From the NCBI GenBank assembly GCA_951406725.2, contig OX597818.1, forward strand, positions 110,050,001 to 110,114,000: a stretch of DNA of 64,000 nt, given 5' to 3'. Below, in pieces: positions 13,537 to 25,493 of this stretch. Under the pieces are notes generated by a model. The model was not told the DNA's origin. It was given only the letters and a program-made list of their open reading frames with translations, and made no database searches. The position numbers and the translations under genes were made by a program. Source of the DNA: Octopus vulgaris. Lineage: Eukaryota. The first letter of the stretch is position 1, and every line of letters begins with the position of its first letter.

Positions 13537-14558
13537 AGATCAATAAAATAATTTAGCGCTTCCCCAAAGGGGATCGATAAAATAAGTTAGCGGTTCACCA
13601 AAGGAGATCGATAAAATAACGTAACGGTACGCCAAAGGTGATCGATAAAATAAGTGAGCGGTTCGCAAACGTGATCGACAAAATAACTTAGCAGTTCGCC
13701 AAAGGTGATCGACAAAACAACTTAGCGGTTCGCCAAAGTAGATCGATAAAAATAACATGGCGGTATGCCAACAGAGATCAATAAAATAATTTTGCGGTTT
13801 GCCAAACATGATCGATAAAATAACTTAGCGGTTCGCCAAAGAGGAACTAAGCGGTTCGGCAAAGAGATGGATAAATTAACATAGCGGTGTGCCAAAGGAG
13901 ATCGATAAAATAATCTCGCGGTTCATCAAACAAGATCGATAAAATAGCTTTGTGGTTCGCCAATCGAAATCGATAAAATGACTTAGCGGTTCGCCATAGG
14001 AGATAGATAGATAAAATAAATTACTGGTTCGGCAGAGGCTATCGATTAAACAACTTAGAGGTTCGACAAACGAGATCGATAAAATGACTTAGCAGTTCGA
14101 CAAACGATATCGATAACATGACATAGCGGTTCGGCAAACGTGATCGATAAATTGACTTAGTGGTTCGATAAACGAGATCAATAAAATGACTTAGCGGCTC
14201 GCCAAACGAAATCGGCAAAATGGTGATCGATAAAATGACTTAGCGTTTCGGCAAACGAATGGATAAAATGACATAGCGGTTCGCCAAAGGGATCGATAAA
14301 ATAACCTAGCGGTTCACCAAGCAGGTTCGATAAAATGAACTAGCGGTTCGCCAAATGAGATCGATAAATTGACCTAGCGGTTCGACAAACAGGATCGATA
14401 AAATGACAGCGGTTCGACAAATGGGATCGATAAAATGACACCGCGGTTCACCAAAGGAGAGCGATAAAATGACATAGCAGTTCGACAAACGAGATCGATA
14501 AAATGACACCTAGCTGTTCGCCAAAGTGGTCGACCTAGCGGTTCGACCACTTTGGCGA
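13537..14558 (+). repeat. ~32-bp minisatellite (about 30 diverged units), consensus gatcgataaaatgacttagcggttcgccaaa(c)ga
   Basis: Contiguous tandem units without unique spacers; the unit matches SINE-A internal sequence. Confidence 0.9.
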
Positions 14559-15048
14559 TCTCGTTTGATGAGAAACGTTTGGAGAAACGCAGACGTTTCA
14601 CAATAATCAGTTTGCAGTTGCTACTTTCACTGGTATTTAGCCGAAGGCCTATAGTTTACTTTATTTTTCGATACTTTGCTGAGACGTTTCTGCTAAACGT
14701 TAATTATGATGTATTTCTAACCACAATTCTGACAAAAACATTGATCCTGTTTGTATTTGACTATTAATGGTGTTTATACATTTATCATAATTATTCAGTT
14801 CTACTTTGATCCAATCATTTACCAGACAATGAATGACGTCAGTATAGTTGCGAGATATCATATGAGATGTAAAAAATAAAAAAAAAACACATAACGAAAT
14901 AACTGCCAACATTAAACTGAATACACAGTGAAGTCTACACACAGTCAGTCATACAAGAACGAGTGATTTGGAGGTTTATAATGGCGGTATGGCTTTCTTG
15001 ATACCAGGAACAACACTAACAACAATACACGTACAGCAACAACAACAG

Positions 15049-15400
15049 TGGAGGCGCAATGGCCCAATGGTTAGGGCAGCGGACTCGCGGTTTCGATTCC
15101 CAGACCGGGCGTTGTGTGAGTTTATTGAGCGAAAACACCTAAAGCTCCACGAGGCTCCAGAAGGGGGTGGTGGCGACCCCTGTTGTAGTCTTTCGCCCCA
15201 ACTTTCTCTCACTCTTTCTTCCTGTTTCTTGTCCCCGACTTCCTATGCAACCGCTGAGCCTGGATGCACATTCATCCATCCGTCGATGCTCTCGGTGTCG
15301 GGGGTTGACCTGCTTTCTCTTCTGCGGGTCTTACGAAGAGCAAAGGACCACGTTTCGGACTTCTCCCATGTTGCGAGCTCTGGGACGAAGACCGTTCGCT
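15049..15400 (+). mobile_element. tRNA-derived SINE family C (tail variant 1)
   Basis: Head ggaggcgcaatggccca(a/g)tggttagggcagcggactcgcgg...ggtttcgattccc; flanked by caacaacaacag/caacaccaacag. Confidence 0.85.
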
Positions 15401-15617
15401 CAACACCAACAGCAGCAGCAAGAACAGTAACAGTAATAAAAACAACATTACTGATAACAACAACATTGACAATGATTAGCAGAAACCAAGAGAGAAATAC
15501 TGCCGCGAGAAAAGAGCGAACCCCGCCTAATACGCTCAATGTATTAACAATATTACGAAGTTCGCCACCAGCTACGATGGCGTACATGGCTGAGTTGGAA
15601 GGTTTTATGACAAACAT

Positions 15618-15782
15618 AGGTGCAGTAGTGGCTGTGTGGTAAGAAGCTTGCTTCCAAAGCACATGGTTCCGAGCTCAGTTCCACTGCGTGGCACCTTGGT
15701 CTAGTGTCTTCTACTATAGCCTCGGACCGACCAAAGCCTTGTGAGTGGATTTGGTAGACGGAAACTGAAAGAAGCCCGTCGT
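15618..15782 (+). mobile_element. SINE family A, 5' half (split by the 560-bp multimer insertion)
   Basis: Matches the head of 41191-41613; the 3' half resumes at ~17975. Confidence 0.85.
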
Positions 15783-16093
15783 ATATATGCATATATATAT
15801 ATATATATATTTCAACAATTGAGGGTAAAATTAATTAATTAATCAATTTCACCAAGTATTCAGTATACAAAGGGACCATTTCAGGCGAATTCAAATTATT
15901 ACATTATATAAAAGGGCTTAGTAAAATAAATTACTTTGCCGCATACTGAACTCATTAGAAATAGCAGCTAAAAAAACTTTTTCAAAAACTATTTCCAATA
16001 CTTAAAGAAAACCTCTCTCATATAGTGTTTGCTCAATTCAACTCACAAAAGTATGGGGGTAGAGACATTAAAAAATCAAATGCAAAGGTTATT

Positions 16094-16146
16094 TGAGAAC
16101 GTACGTTTCAAGATTAGTCAAAATCGACACTTCTATCATCAGCTCA
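16094..16146 (-). ncRNA. type I hammerhead-like motif (inverted arm copy)
   Basis: Reverse complement of 16577-16629. Confidence 0.6.
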
Positions 16147-16576
16147 GAACTCCCTGGTTTGGATTTGAAAACACTGAAAGTGGGAGCATACCCTTTCGGC
16201 TTGTTATCACTTCTGAAGATCTGCTCAAAACTAACAGTGCCAGCAAATTCAAATATGCAAGCGAAGAATTTCTGCTTTCCCCTTTCCACCAGCGTGGGTT
16301 AAAATCAGCAAACACTATGCTTTTTTCGGTAAAATCCGAGGCATTATATAGAGAGAGATGAATTATAATTTCAACAATTGAGGGTAAAATTAATTAATTA
16401 ATCAATTTCACCAAGTATTCAGTATACAAAGGGACCATTTAAGGCGAATTCAAATTATTACATTATTACATTGAATTTGCTGGCACTGTTAGTTTTGAGC
16501 AGATCTTCAGAAGTGATAACAAGCCGAAAGGGTATGCTCCCACTTTCAGTGTTTTCAAATCCAAACCAGGGAGTTC

Positions 16577-16629
16577 TGAGCTGATGATAGAAGTGTCGAT
16601 TTTGACTAATCTTGAAACGTACGTTCTCA
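16577..16629 (+). ncRNA. type I hammerhead-like motif
   Basis: tgag-CTGATGA-t-aga..gtc gatttt gac..tct-t-GAAA-C-GTAC-GTT^ctca. Stem I tgag/ctca, palindromic stem III aacgtacgtt, non-canonical U-U at the base of stem II. Confidence 0.6.
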
Positions 16630-17136
16630 AATAACCTTTGCATTTGATTTTTTAATGTCTCTACCCCCATACTTTTGTGAGTTGAATTGAGCAAACACTA
16701 TATGAGAGAGGTTTTCTTTAAGTATTGGAAATAGTTTTTGAAAAAGTTTTTTTTAGCTGCTATTTCTAATGAGTTCAGTATGCGGCAAAGTAATTTATTT
16801 TACTAAGCCCTTTTATATAATGTAATAATTTGAATTCGCCTGAAATGGTCCCTTTGTATACTGAATACTTGGTGAAATTGATTAATTAATTAATTTTACC
16901 CTCAATTGTTGAAATTATAATTCATCTCTCTCTATATAATGCCTCGGATTTTACCGAAAAAAGCATAGTGTTTGCTGATTTTAACCTACGCTGGTGGAAA
17001 GGGGAAAGCAGAAATTCTTCGCTTGCATATTTGAATTTGCTGGCACTGTTAGTTTTGAGCAGATCTTCAGAAGTGATAACAAGCCGAAAGGGTATGCTCC
17101 CACTTTCAGTGTTTTCAAATCCAAACCAGGGAGTTC

Positions 17137-17189
17137 TGAGCTGATGATAGAAGTGTCGATTTTGACTAATCTTGAAACGTACGTTCTCA
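17137..17189 (+). ncRNA. type I hammerhead-like motif (second tandem copy)
   Basis: Identical to 16577-16629, offset +560. Confidence 0.6.
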
Positions 17190-17696
17190 AATAACCTTTG
17201 CATTTGATTTTTTAATGTCTCTACCCCCATACTTTTGTGAGTTGAATTGAGCAAACACTATATGAGAGAGGTTTTCTTTAAGTATTGGAAATAGTTTTTG
17301 AAAAAGTTTTTTTTAGCTGCTATTTCTAATGAGTTCAGTATGCGGCAAAGTAATTTATTTTACTAAGCCCTTTTATATAATGTAATAATTTGAATTCGCC
17401 TTAAATGGTCCCTTTGTATACTGAATACTTGGTGAAATTGATTAATTAATTAATTTTACCCTCAATTGTTGAAATTATAATTCATCTCTCTCTATATAAT
17501 GCCTCGGATTTTACCGAAAAAAGCATAGTGTTTGCTGATTTTAACCTACGCTGGTGGAAAGGGGAAAGCAGAAATTCTTCGCTTGCATATTTGAATTTGC
17601 TGGCACTGTTAGTTTTGAGCAGATCTTCAGAAGTGATAACAAGCCGAAAGGGTATGCTCCCACTTTCAGTGTTTTCAAATCCAAACCAGGGAGTTC

Positions 17697-17749
17697 TGAG
17701 CTGATGATAGAAGTGTCGATTTTGACTAATCTTGAAACGTACGTTCTCA
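17697..17749 (+). ncRNA. type I hammerhead-like motif (third tandem copy)
   Basis: Identical to 16577-16629, offset +1120. Confidence 0.6.
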
Positions 17750-17974
17750 AATAACCTTTGCATTTGATTTTTTAATGTCTCTACCCCCATACTTTTGTGA
17801 GTTGAATTGAGCAAACACTATATGAGAGAGGTTTTCTTTAAGTATTGGAAATAGTTTTTGAAAAAGTTTTTTTTAGCTGCTATTTCTAATGAGTTCAGTA
17901 TGCGGCAAAGTAATTTATTTTACTAAGCCCTTTTATATAATGTAATAATTTATATATATATATATATATATGTG

Positions 17975-18142
17975 TGTGCATACGTATGTATGTATTTGTG
18001 AGTCTGTGTTTGTCTCCTTACCATCGCTTGACAACCGATGTTGGTGTGTTTATGTCCCCGTAAACTAGCGGTCCGGCAAAAAAGACCGACAGAATAAGTA
18101 CTAGGCTTATAAAGAATAAGTCCTGGAGTCGATTAGATCGAC
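17975..18142 (+). mobile_element. SINE family A, 3' half
   Basis: catcgcttgacaaccgatg...tagcggtccggcaaaa...gaataagtcctggagtcgat. Confidence 0.85.
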
Positions 18143-18283
18143 CACAGTACGCAACTGGTACTTATTTTATCGATCCCGAAAAGATGAAAGGCAAAGTCGA
18201 CCTCGGCGAAATTTGAACTCAGAACGTAAGGACAGACGAAATATCGCTAAGCACTTCGCCCGGCGTGCCAACGATTCTGCCAA
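18143..18283 (-). mobile_element. SINE family B, partial
   Basis: aactggtactta...gatgaaaggcaaagtcgacctcggcg...gaactcagaacg...ttctgcca. Confidence 0.85.
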
Positions 18284-18730
18284 ATGTAGTAATATATTGA
18301 TAGTAATTAGGACATCGATCTGAAGGAGACGAAAGAAAGTCAAATTGGTGGAATTTCAACAAAGAAAGAACGAAGGGAACAATATTAAATTTAATAGCAA
18401 ATTTTCCCCATCTCTCCTCTGTTGCAGTCAAGTATTTCCCTTGTTCAGGTGAATATTTGTATTGTCATTGCATCGGTTACGATGACAGAGAGAATAAAGC
18501 GTCGCATTACAGGCTTTGTGGAAGCGAATCCCATTCGTGATTGATCTTTCACTAAGGAATTACATATCATGTCAATCCTTATAAAGTTGGATTTGTACCT
18601 CATGGAATTGAATTAATATCTGCAGAAAGCATCAGCAATTAAAGCAACACAGTCCGGAATCGTTTGCACCAAGGGAAAACAGCCATGTTTAGGATTTCTA
18701 TTAAGTCATATACAAGATATAATACTTTAC

Positions 18731-18907
18731 CTGAGTTGGGTGTTGAGGGGATGTGATGCTCCTGTGCGGAGGTAAGTGTAATGGGCCTAGGCTGCCATTT
18801 AATATATTAGAGCGTGCTTGCAATGTAGAAGAAAAGAATTCGGTAACTATATCATTGTTTACTTCATCTGCCAGTAACGGTTGAGCATCAGAATGGCAGT
18901 CAGTTGT
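18731..18907 (-). CDS. internal coding exon, 177 nt, phase 0/0 (TTDCHSDAQPLLADEVNNDIVTEFFSSTLQARSNILNGSLGPLHLPPHRSITSPQHPTQ)
   Basis: Acceptor ttttgtttatttttcag and donor cag|gtaaag; length is a multiple of 3 with an open frame; in frame with the flanking exons. Confidence 0.7.
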
Positions 18908-21285
18908 CTGAAAAATAAACAAAATCGAAAGCAAAAATTAGATACGTTGGAAATAATTGTTATTTAGCACAACACAGCTTTTGTGAATGTGCCTTTAGTT
19001 GCTATGGCACAACACTGCTATTGGTGTTCTGAAAATTCAATGGCTTAATGAAGAAACCTTTTTGTAATTCATATCATTTAAGTCTGTAAGCTAAAAATAT
19101 ATTAAAAGAAGCAATAAAATATAGAATTAAATACAGTGAAGTATTAAGTTCCTGCCTTCGAAGCTCTGAGTTAAAACTAAAAAATTGCTTAACTTTGTTT
19201 GCTATTTGTATTGCTTCAGTAGAATAATTGAAAACAGTGAAGTCACGTTGATACACTCGACTTTACGTTGTTCGCTACAAAACCTGGAATAATTTTAATC
19301 GTGATTGTCACCAGAAAGCCAAGTCTTAGTAAGCTGGTCTTGTGAAATGGGTTCAATAGAACCACTTATAGTCATTTAATTTTCCATATGTTGCCAAATG
19401 CTCTTGGAGAAGGTACAAACGGCTTTACAACTTATTTCTCTCACCCCTATTAATGTGATAGCTACAAATGTAAAATATATTTACAAAAGTGTTTGAAAGA
19501 ATTTCTATACAAACATTTCACTCATCCGATCATTATAGAGAAACTAGAGAATGGTCGATTTTCTGCTTTTAACTCAGCACAAGTACTTTTGATAAACCTG
19601 AATCCGAAATGACCCACAGAACTTATCCATAGCATCTATATAAGTACCCAAGCGCTGGGAGTGTACGAAAATTATTTTCGTAGTACAGGGAGAGACAATA
19701 TTTACTGTAGATTAACTTTCGCAGTTAAATAACATTTTCACCAGCGTACGGAGAGAAGAAATAATTTGTTACAGTCAAATAATTTTGCTATTCATCTGTG
19801 AAATAATTTTGCTATTTATCTCCAATGAAACGCAGCGTAAAATTCCTCTGAGTGTGGCATAAAACAAAAAATAAAAATAAAATAGCCAAAATAAAAGATG
19901 TTCTTTGCTAATCTTTGCGAAAACTAGCTTTAGTTCTGGCGCTTAAAACACTCGGCAATTGTCTCTTTTTGAATAACATCAATGAGTTATAATGATATTC
20001 TTTGCCAAAACACAAGACTTGTTAATTAGATGATGAGATGTGCTCAACTAGACAGCTGTCGGCTTATTATTGTCGGTGTATTTTCTTATTATTTTCACAG
20101 GTGTGAAAAGTGAAATGATTCTTTGACAGTTAAGCTGCCTTCTAACGAACAGTGGATGGAAAACCCAAAGAACCGGTGGGAATTTTAGTTCTGTCTGATG
20201 CAGTTGTATGGGAAATTACTTGACACAAGCTATACTTTGTTTTTAAAGTTAATTTCATTTACTTAGACAGGAAGCAAAAGTTTCATAGGAAAAAAAAAAT
20301 ACAACATAGAGCTAAATATACAGTTCGTTACTAATTTTTGACATCGAACGATCTGTGTTAAAAAAAAAACAGAAAAGGGCAGAGGCCAGGGTGAATGAGG
20401 CTAGGTATGAATAAAGACATGAACCAGTACATTAAATGATATTACCTGAAACTCTATGGTGATAAAAGTTCAGTTGCAGCCGCCAAATCCATCTGCAATT
20501 GGCGATACTGAGTAATGGTGGCTGTTGTTGCTTTATTTGCAGTAAATTACGCAGATATTTCTTGAGGAGAAAAGTAGGGTTTTTTTTTGTTACTTTTATA
20601 TAGTTGTTATTTTATATCACGAGTTGGGAACTTGCGCTCGTTTAATAGTCTAGGTGCAGCTTGCTGAAAGAATTACAACGCTTGAGGGAAAATAATGTAC
20701 TGGAATGTATTTTTAATTTAATATATATGTAACTCTTTATAATTTAATATATATGTAACACGAAGTGGGTATCTTCGGAAAGAAACCATTTATCGTCATT
20801 CATACTAATAAGTAATTACTTTCGGAAAATGTAAATGTGAACTGTAACTTAGCACACGCATTTATCACAAACCTTTATCGCCATTTATACCCATTTAGAG
20901 ATGACTGTGATAGCTTTATATTAAAATAAGCTTTTAAAGCATTTAGGTTACCTGATAAAATTCGTCCATATCAATTTTATCAATAATTATGTTTTATAAA
21001 ACAGTTCAGTTTAAGTATAAAATATATATGTTATACATATTCTAATGTGATATTTTCAGATGGCATTTAACTTCAATGCTGCCTTCGAACATCTGTTTGA
21101 AATTCATATAATATTGGTGTCATGAGACCAGGATTTTGTATCCAGGAGTTATTTCCACAGACTTGTGGTTTTAGATGAATAACGATATGCTGAGAATATT
21201 GATCAAGTTACTATTTTGCCATTGCTGCAATTTAAGATCAGAAGTGGAAGACCGGCTGCAGTGTGTGGGAGGTGGATACGTTTGA

Positions 21286-21437
21286 GGGGGGGGGGGTCGA
21301 CTTTGCCTTTTATCCTTTCGGGGTTGATGAATTAAGTACCAGTTACGCACTGTGGTCGAAGTAATCGACTTAATCCGTTTGTCTGTCTTTGTTTGTCCCC
21401 TCTGTGTTTAGCCCCTTGTGGGTAGTAAAGAAATAGT
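21286..21437 (+). mobile_element. 5'-truncated SINE family B with 13-bp TSD
   Basis: TSD tggatacgtttga at 21273-21285 and 21438-21450; G-run at the 5' junction. Confidence 0.9.
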
Positions 21438-23896
21438 TGGATACGTTTGAAGGAAAATGATTATTCTGAAAGATATTTTTGTTGATGAAATTTTATTTAT
21501 TGTCCATTTTTTCAGTTAATTAGCAACTAATTACAACTATTAATACTTCTCCATTTACTCTTGTATTTGCTTTTGGCCAATGTAAGTGTAAAATGTAGCT
21601 CAGGCTAAGCATTGAGTTATTGCCACGTGAGTCTCCTCTAAAGACAACCGTTGCGACTTTTATATTTAAGCATATCCTGTCAGGACAAAAGTTACTTCTA
21701 AACATGTAGGGGACGGGTTCTAAGGTTCTAATATTTTACATTTTATTTTATAACCGCGGTTTAAAAGTAGTAGCATGAAATATAGTGTAATGCAGCTTGG
21801 TCGTGGTCAGAAGGCATTTAACTTCAATGTGGCCTTCCAACAGGAAAAAATTTCCACGCCTCTGCTCTATCATAATTATACTTGTCTTCATTTCATGATT
21901 ATTATCCAGTTGTTTGTACAGTATTACAATTGAAATTTGAGAATAAAACCTGGTTCGGGTCAACTATGGCAGATAAACGTTTATCTGGATTCTGAGTGAT
22001 GAGTGTCCATCGAGAAAATGTATTTTAAGATCAAACAGAGACTCACTTAAAAAGTGATTGATTGGTTCACATGAACTCATTCAAAAAGTGATTGATACAC
22101 TGGGACAAAACACAAGACATTTACAGTTTTCATTCCATATTTCTCTTTTATAAACAGAAAACTGATTATAATAAAGCATGTATTTTTTTCTTTGTTTTGT
22201 GAATCTATAATTTTACGTCGTGCGTCTTTTGAATTTTGCCAACAAGAAATAGTGCGAACTTCCTCTCTAGTTCACACCTACGCAAACCAGCCGAGTACTC
22301 TGATCAGGAATATCACTTTTACCATTAATTTTAGAATTCAGTTCTTCCATTTTACACTCCAGAATCAGCAAGACGTTGGCATGTCACGTTATCTTTTAAT
22401 GAATCATCCAATATTCTTCTGTTCAACAGGAATATGTTATCTTTCATATAATATTTTTTATTCATGTTTTCAAAATTACAAAACTACTATCCAAATAGCA
22501 GTTTCTATATATGTCGATCAATAGTCGGTATATATATTATATGTGCACACACACAGACACTGGTGTTTTTATTTATTTATTTGTTATTCTGTTTGGCAAT
22601 TTAAAAGTAATTTTAAACATTCTTGTTGCCTGGTTTATCTCAAAAATAATTATGTAGCTCGATATTCAAAACCAGGAATATATTACTTACAGTTAAATAC
22701 GAAGAATATTCAAAAGCAGTGACATGAAGATTAACTGTCTTAATCTCTATGTCACTGAATTATTTCTTCTGTGTAAATAAAATACATTTTGTCTTCTTTA
22801 TTTGATACTAATTTAGGTTTTGTATTGCTATGTATACATTTTTCATGATATTGAACACAATACATTTTGAATTTGAAGGAATGTTAGTGTTATCACTGTA
22901 CACAACCTTTGATACATTTGGATAAATTAGAAGCAATTTAACCTATATTTAACTGGAAAAAATTAGAACTGTCATTAAAATCTTAAGACATACTCATGTT
23001 TATAAACCATGCGTATAATGATGACTATAGCATGCATAGTGACATGGTTCCAAGTAAGATTTGTTATTCACATTTAACCTTTATTATAAGTTTATTTAGA
23101 TGTCTGCATGCAATGGGTAAGGTTTAAATATATTCTGCTATAGTTGAGTTCTCATAATCTTTAACATTGTGCTTACGAAAGCAAAGTAGCTATACTATCA
23201 TCATCTATTATATATAATGGTGCAGCACAAATATTTTATGTAATTTCAAATTTAATGTTTTCACATAAAAATATTCATTAATTTGATTATTAGATTTAGC
23301 AAGTCTGCAGTAATAAACTTCAACTTTTAACCGCGATTTCATTATTAATGGTCGCAATTGATAAATGGTTGCTTATTAATTATTTAAATGCTAAATAATA
23401 TTCAAAAATTCATTCCATTTTACACCAAAAATGTTTCTGAAATAAGACTAATATAATTTTTTTCTCACAAGTGAACTACATCGTACAACCAGCTCGGATA
23501 TTATAGGCGTTGGGGGTCATTGGGCTCCTTGGCCGAACTACTCCAAATGAGGAATATGTTAATTTTAATTTGCGCTCTGAACCTTGGAAAACTTACAGCT
23601 GAAGCCCTTGCTTCTACAGTATTTTAAGTGAGAACAACCGATTCACTAGATTTTAAACATAGAAAATATTCACTTATTATTGCGCTCTCTTCAGTTTAAA
23701 TATTCAAAATGCACACCACACATCTCCCAAAAAAGAAAAGTAAGAAAAGATTGTTTAAGGATTTCGGGTTTCACCAAGAATTACATTTCAGTTTTGGTAG
23801 TCATTATTATGAAGAATACCGAGATTAAACTTATTCTGATGAAAACAATTAAGGCGACGAACTGGCAGACTCGTTAGAACGTTGGAAAAGAATATC

Positions 23897-24129
23897 TTTT
23901 TTTTTCTTTATTGCCCACAGGGGGCTAAACATAGAGAAGACAAACAAGGACAAAGAAATTAAGTCGATTACATCGACCCCAGTGCGTAACTGGTACTTAA
24001 TTTATTGATTCCGAAAGGATGAAAGACAAAGTCGACCTCGGCGGAATTTGAACTCAGAGCCTAACGGCAGACGAAATAACGATAAGCATTTAGCCCGGCG
24101 TACTAACGATTCTGCCAGCTCGCTCCCCT
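23897..24129 (-). mobile_element. SINE family B with 18-bp TSD, nested in an older related SINE (23852-24310, +)
   Basis: TSD acgttggaaaagaatatc at 23879-23896 and 24130-24147. Confidence 0.9.
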
Positions 24130-24693
24130 ACGTTGGAAAAGAATATCGTCGTATATCTTCGCTCTTTATAATCTGAGTTCAAATCCAATAGCGGTCATTT
24201 TTGAATTTCATCTATCGTGGATCATTAAAATAAAGTACCGATGCATTACTGGAGTCTATAGTTTCAACTAGTTCTCCTCCCCCCAAAATTGCTGGTGTTG
24301 GGCCTGAATAAAAAAAATTGAAAAATGTTAAATTGGTTATATGATGCAAATATTATAACATCACGTAAAATCCTACACATATTAACTGACATCTCTTTAC
24401 GTTCGCGGTTGAAGCCCCACCAACCATAGCCGATTTTGCTTTACTTTCTTCTGGACTCAAAGAGCATGTCAAATTCTATAGGGGATCCGTTCGGTTATAC
24501 AACCTCACCGAGATATTTATGGCAATGTGCCACTATAAAAGTTTATCATTACATTGGCATAAGATCTGCGCATGAAATCGAGTTGAAGGCTTTCTATATT
24601 ATATGTGACCCCATCTCCACATTCTATTTCACGCCACTGATGCAGTTTACGTGTTTGAGAATTGTATTAATCTACAAACTCTTATTTCCCTTT

Positions 24694-24747
<54 letters not shown>

Positions 24748-24770
24748 GTATATATGTATGTATATATATG

Positions 24771-24815
<45 letters not shown>

Positions 24816-25110
24816 GTGACAACAAAAGAATGGAACCTCGATATTAGGTAAATAGAGAATTATATATATATATATAAGTATGTATGTATGTATGTATGTA
24901 TGTATGTATGTATGTATGTATGTATGTATGTATGTATGTGTGTATGTATGTATGTATAATCTAGGACAATCAGTAAGTTATCATTCAAGTACTCGGAGCT
25001 TCGAATATCGAAACGAAGATTTACGATACATTCTCGTAGTCTCACAATACATAGTCATAAAACCTCCTGCGTTCATAATGTCTACATATGTACACATTCA
25101 CACAATCATG

Positions 25111-25216
<106 letters not shown>

Positions 25217-25220
25217 AACT

Positions 25221-25445
25221 GCGGCGAACTGGCAGAAACGTTAGCACGCCGGGCGAAATGCATAGCCGTATTTCGTCTGTCGTTACGTTCCGGGTTCAAA
25301 TTCCGCCGAGGTCGACTTTGCCTTTCATCCTTTCTGGGTCGATAAATTAAGTACCAGTTACGCACTGGGGTCGATGTAATCGACTTAATCCCTTTGTCTG
25401 TCCTTGTTTGTCCCCTCTGTGTTTAGCCCCTTGTGGGTAGTAAAG

Positions 25446-25450
<5 letters not shown>
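25221..25450 (+). mobile_element. tRNA-derived SINE family B, near full length
   Basis: gcggcgaactggcagaaacgttagcacg...gggttcaaattcc (B box)...gcctttcatcctttctgggtcgataaattaagtaccag (conserved central domain)...gtagtaaagaaata. Confidence 0.9.

Positions 25451-25486
<36 letters not shown>

Positions 25487-25493
<7 letters not shown>

Larger units (their letters stand above)
15811..17951. mobile_element. young 560-bp-unit tandem/inverted multimer with one hammerhead motif per unit (retrozyme or Penelope-like pLTR type, non-coding)
   Basis: Period exactly 560 (16922 vs 17482). Arm 15811-16466 is inverted relative to arm 16471-17951. Only two variable sites noticed. Inserted in the (TA)n of a SINE. 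Confidence 0.85.

Noticed and set aside
13537-14558. CRISPR-like array
   Set aside because: Units are contiguous with no unique spacers, there are no cas genes, the context is eukaryotic, and the unit is SINE-derived.
14968-15662. 224-aa and 139-aa ORFs
   Set aside because: They run through a SINE-C copy and CAA-rich low-complexity sequence, with no domain or splice support.
16029-17814. Repeated 110-aa ORF as a protein-coding gene
   Set aside because: Non-ATG start, antisense to the ribozyme, no recognisable motif; it recurs only because the unit is repeated.
18428-18620. Two possible 21-nt microexons (one per strand)
   Set aside because: AG...GT patterns this short arise by chance and have no independent support.
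20446-20560. 115-nt minus-strand exon candidate
   Set aside because: Its only open frame ends in phase 1 and would create a stop when joined to the 18907 exon.
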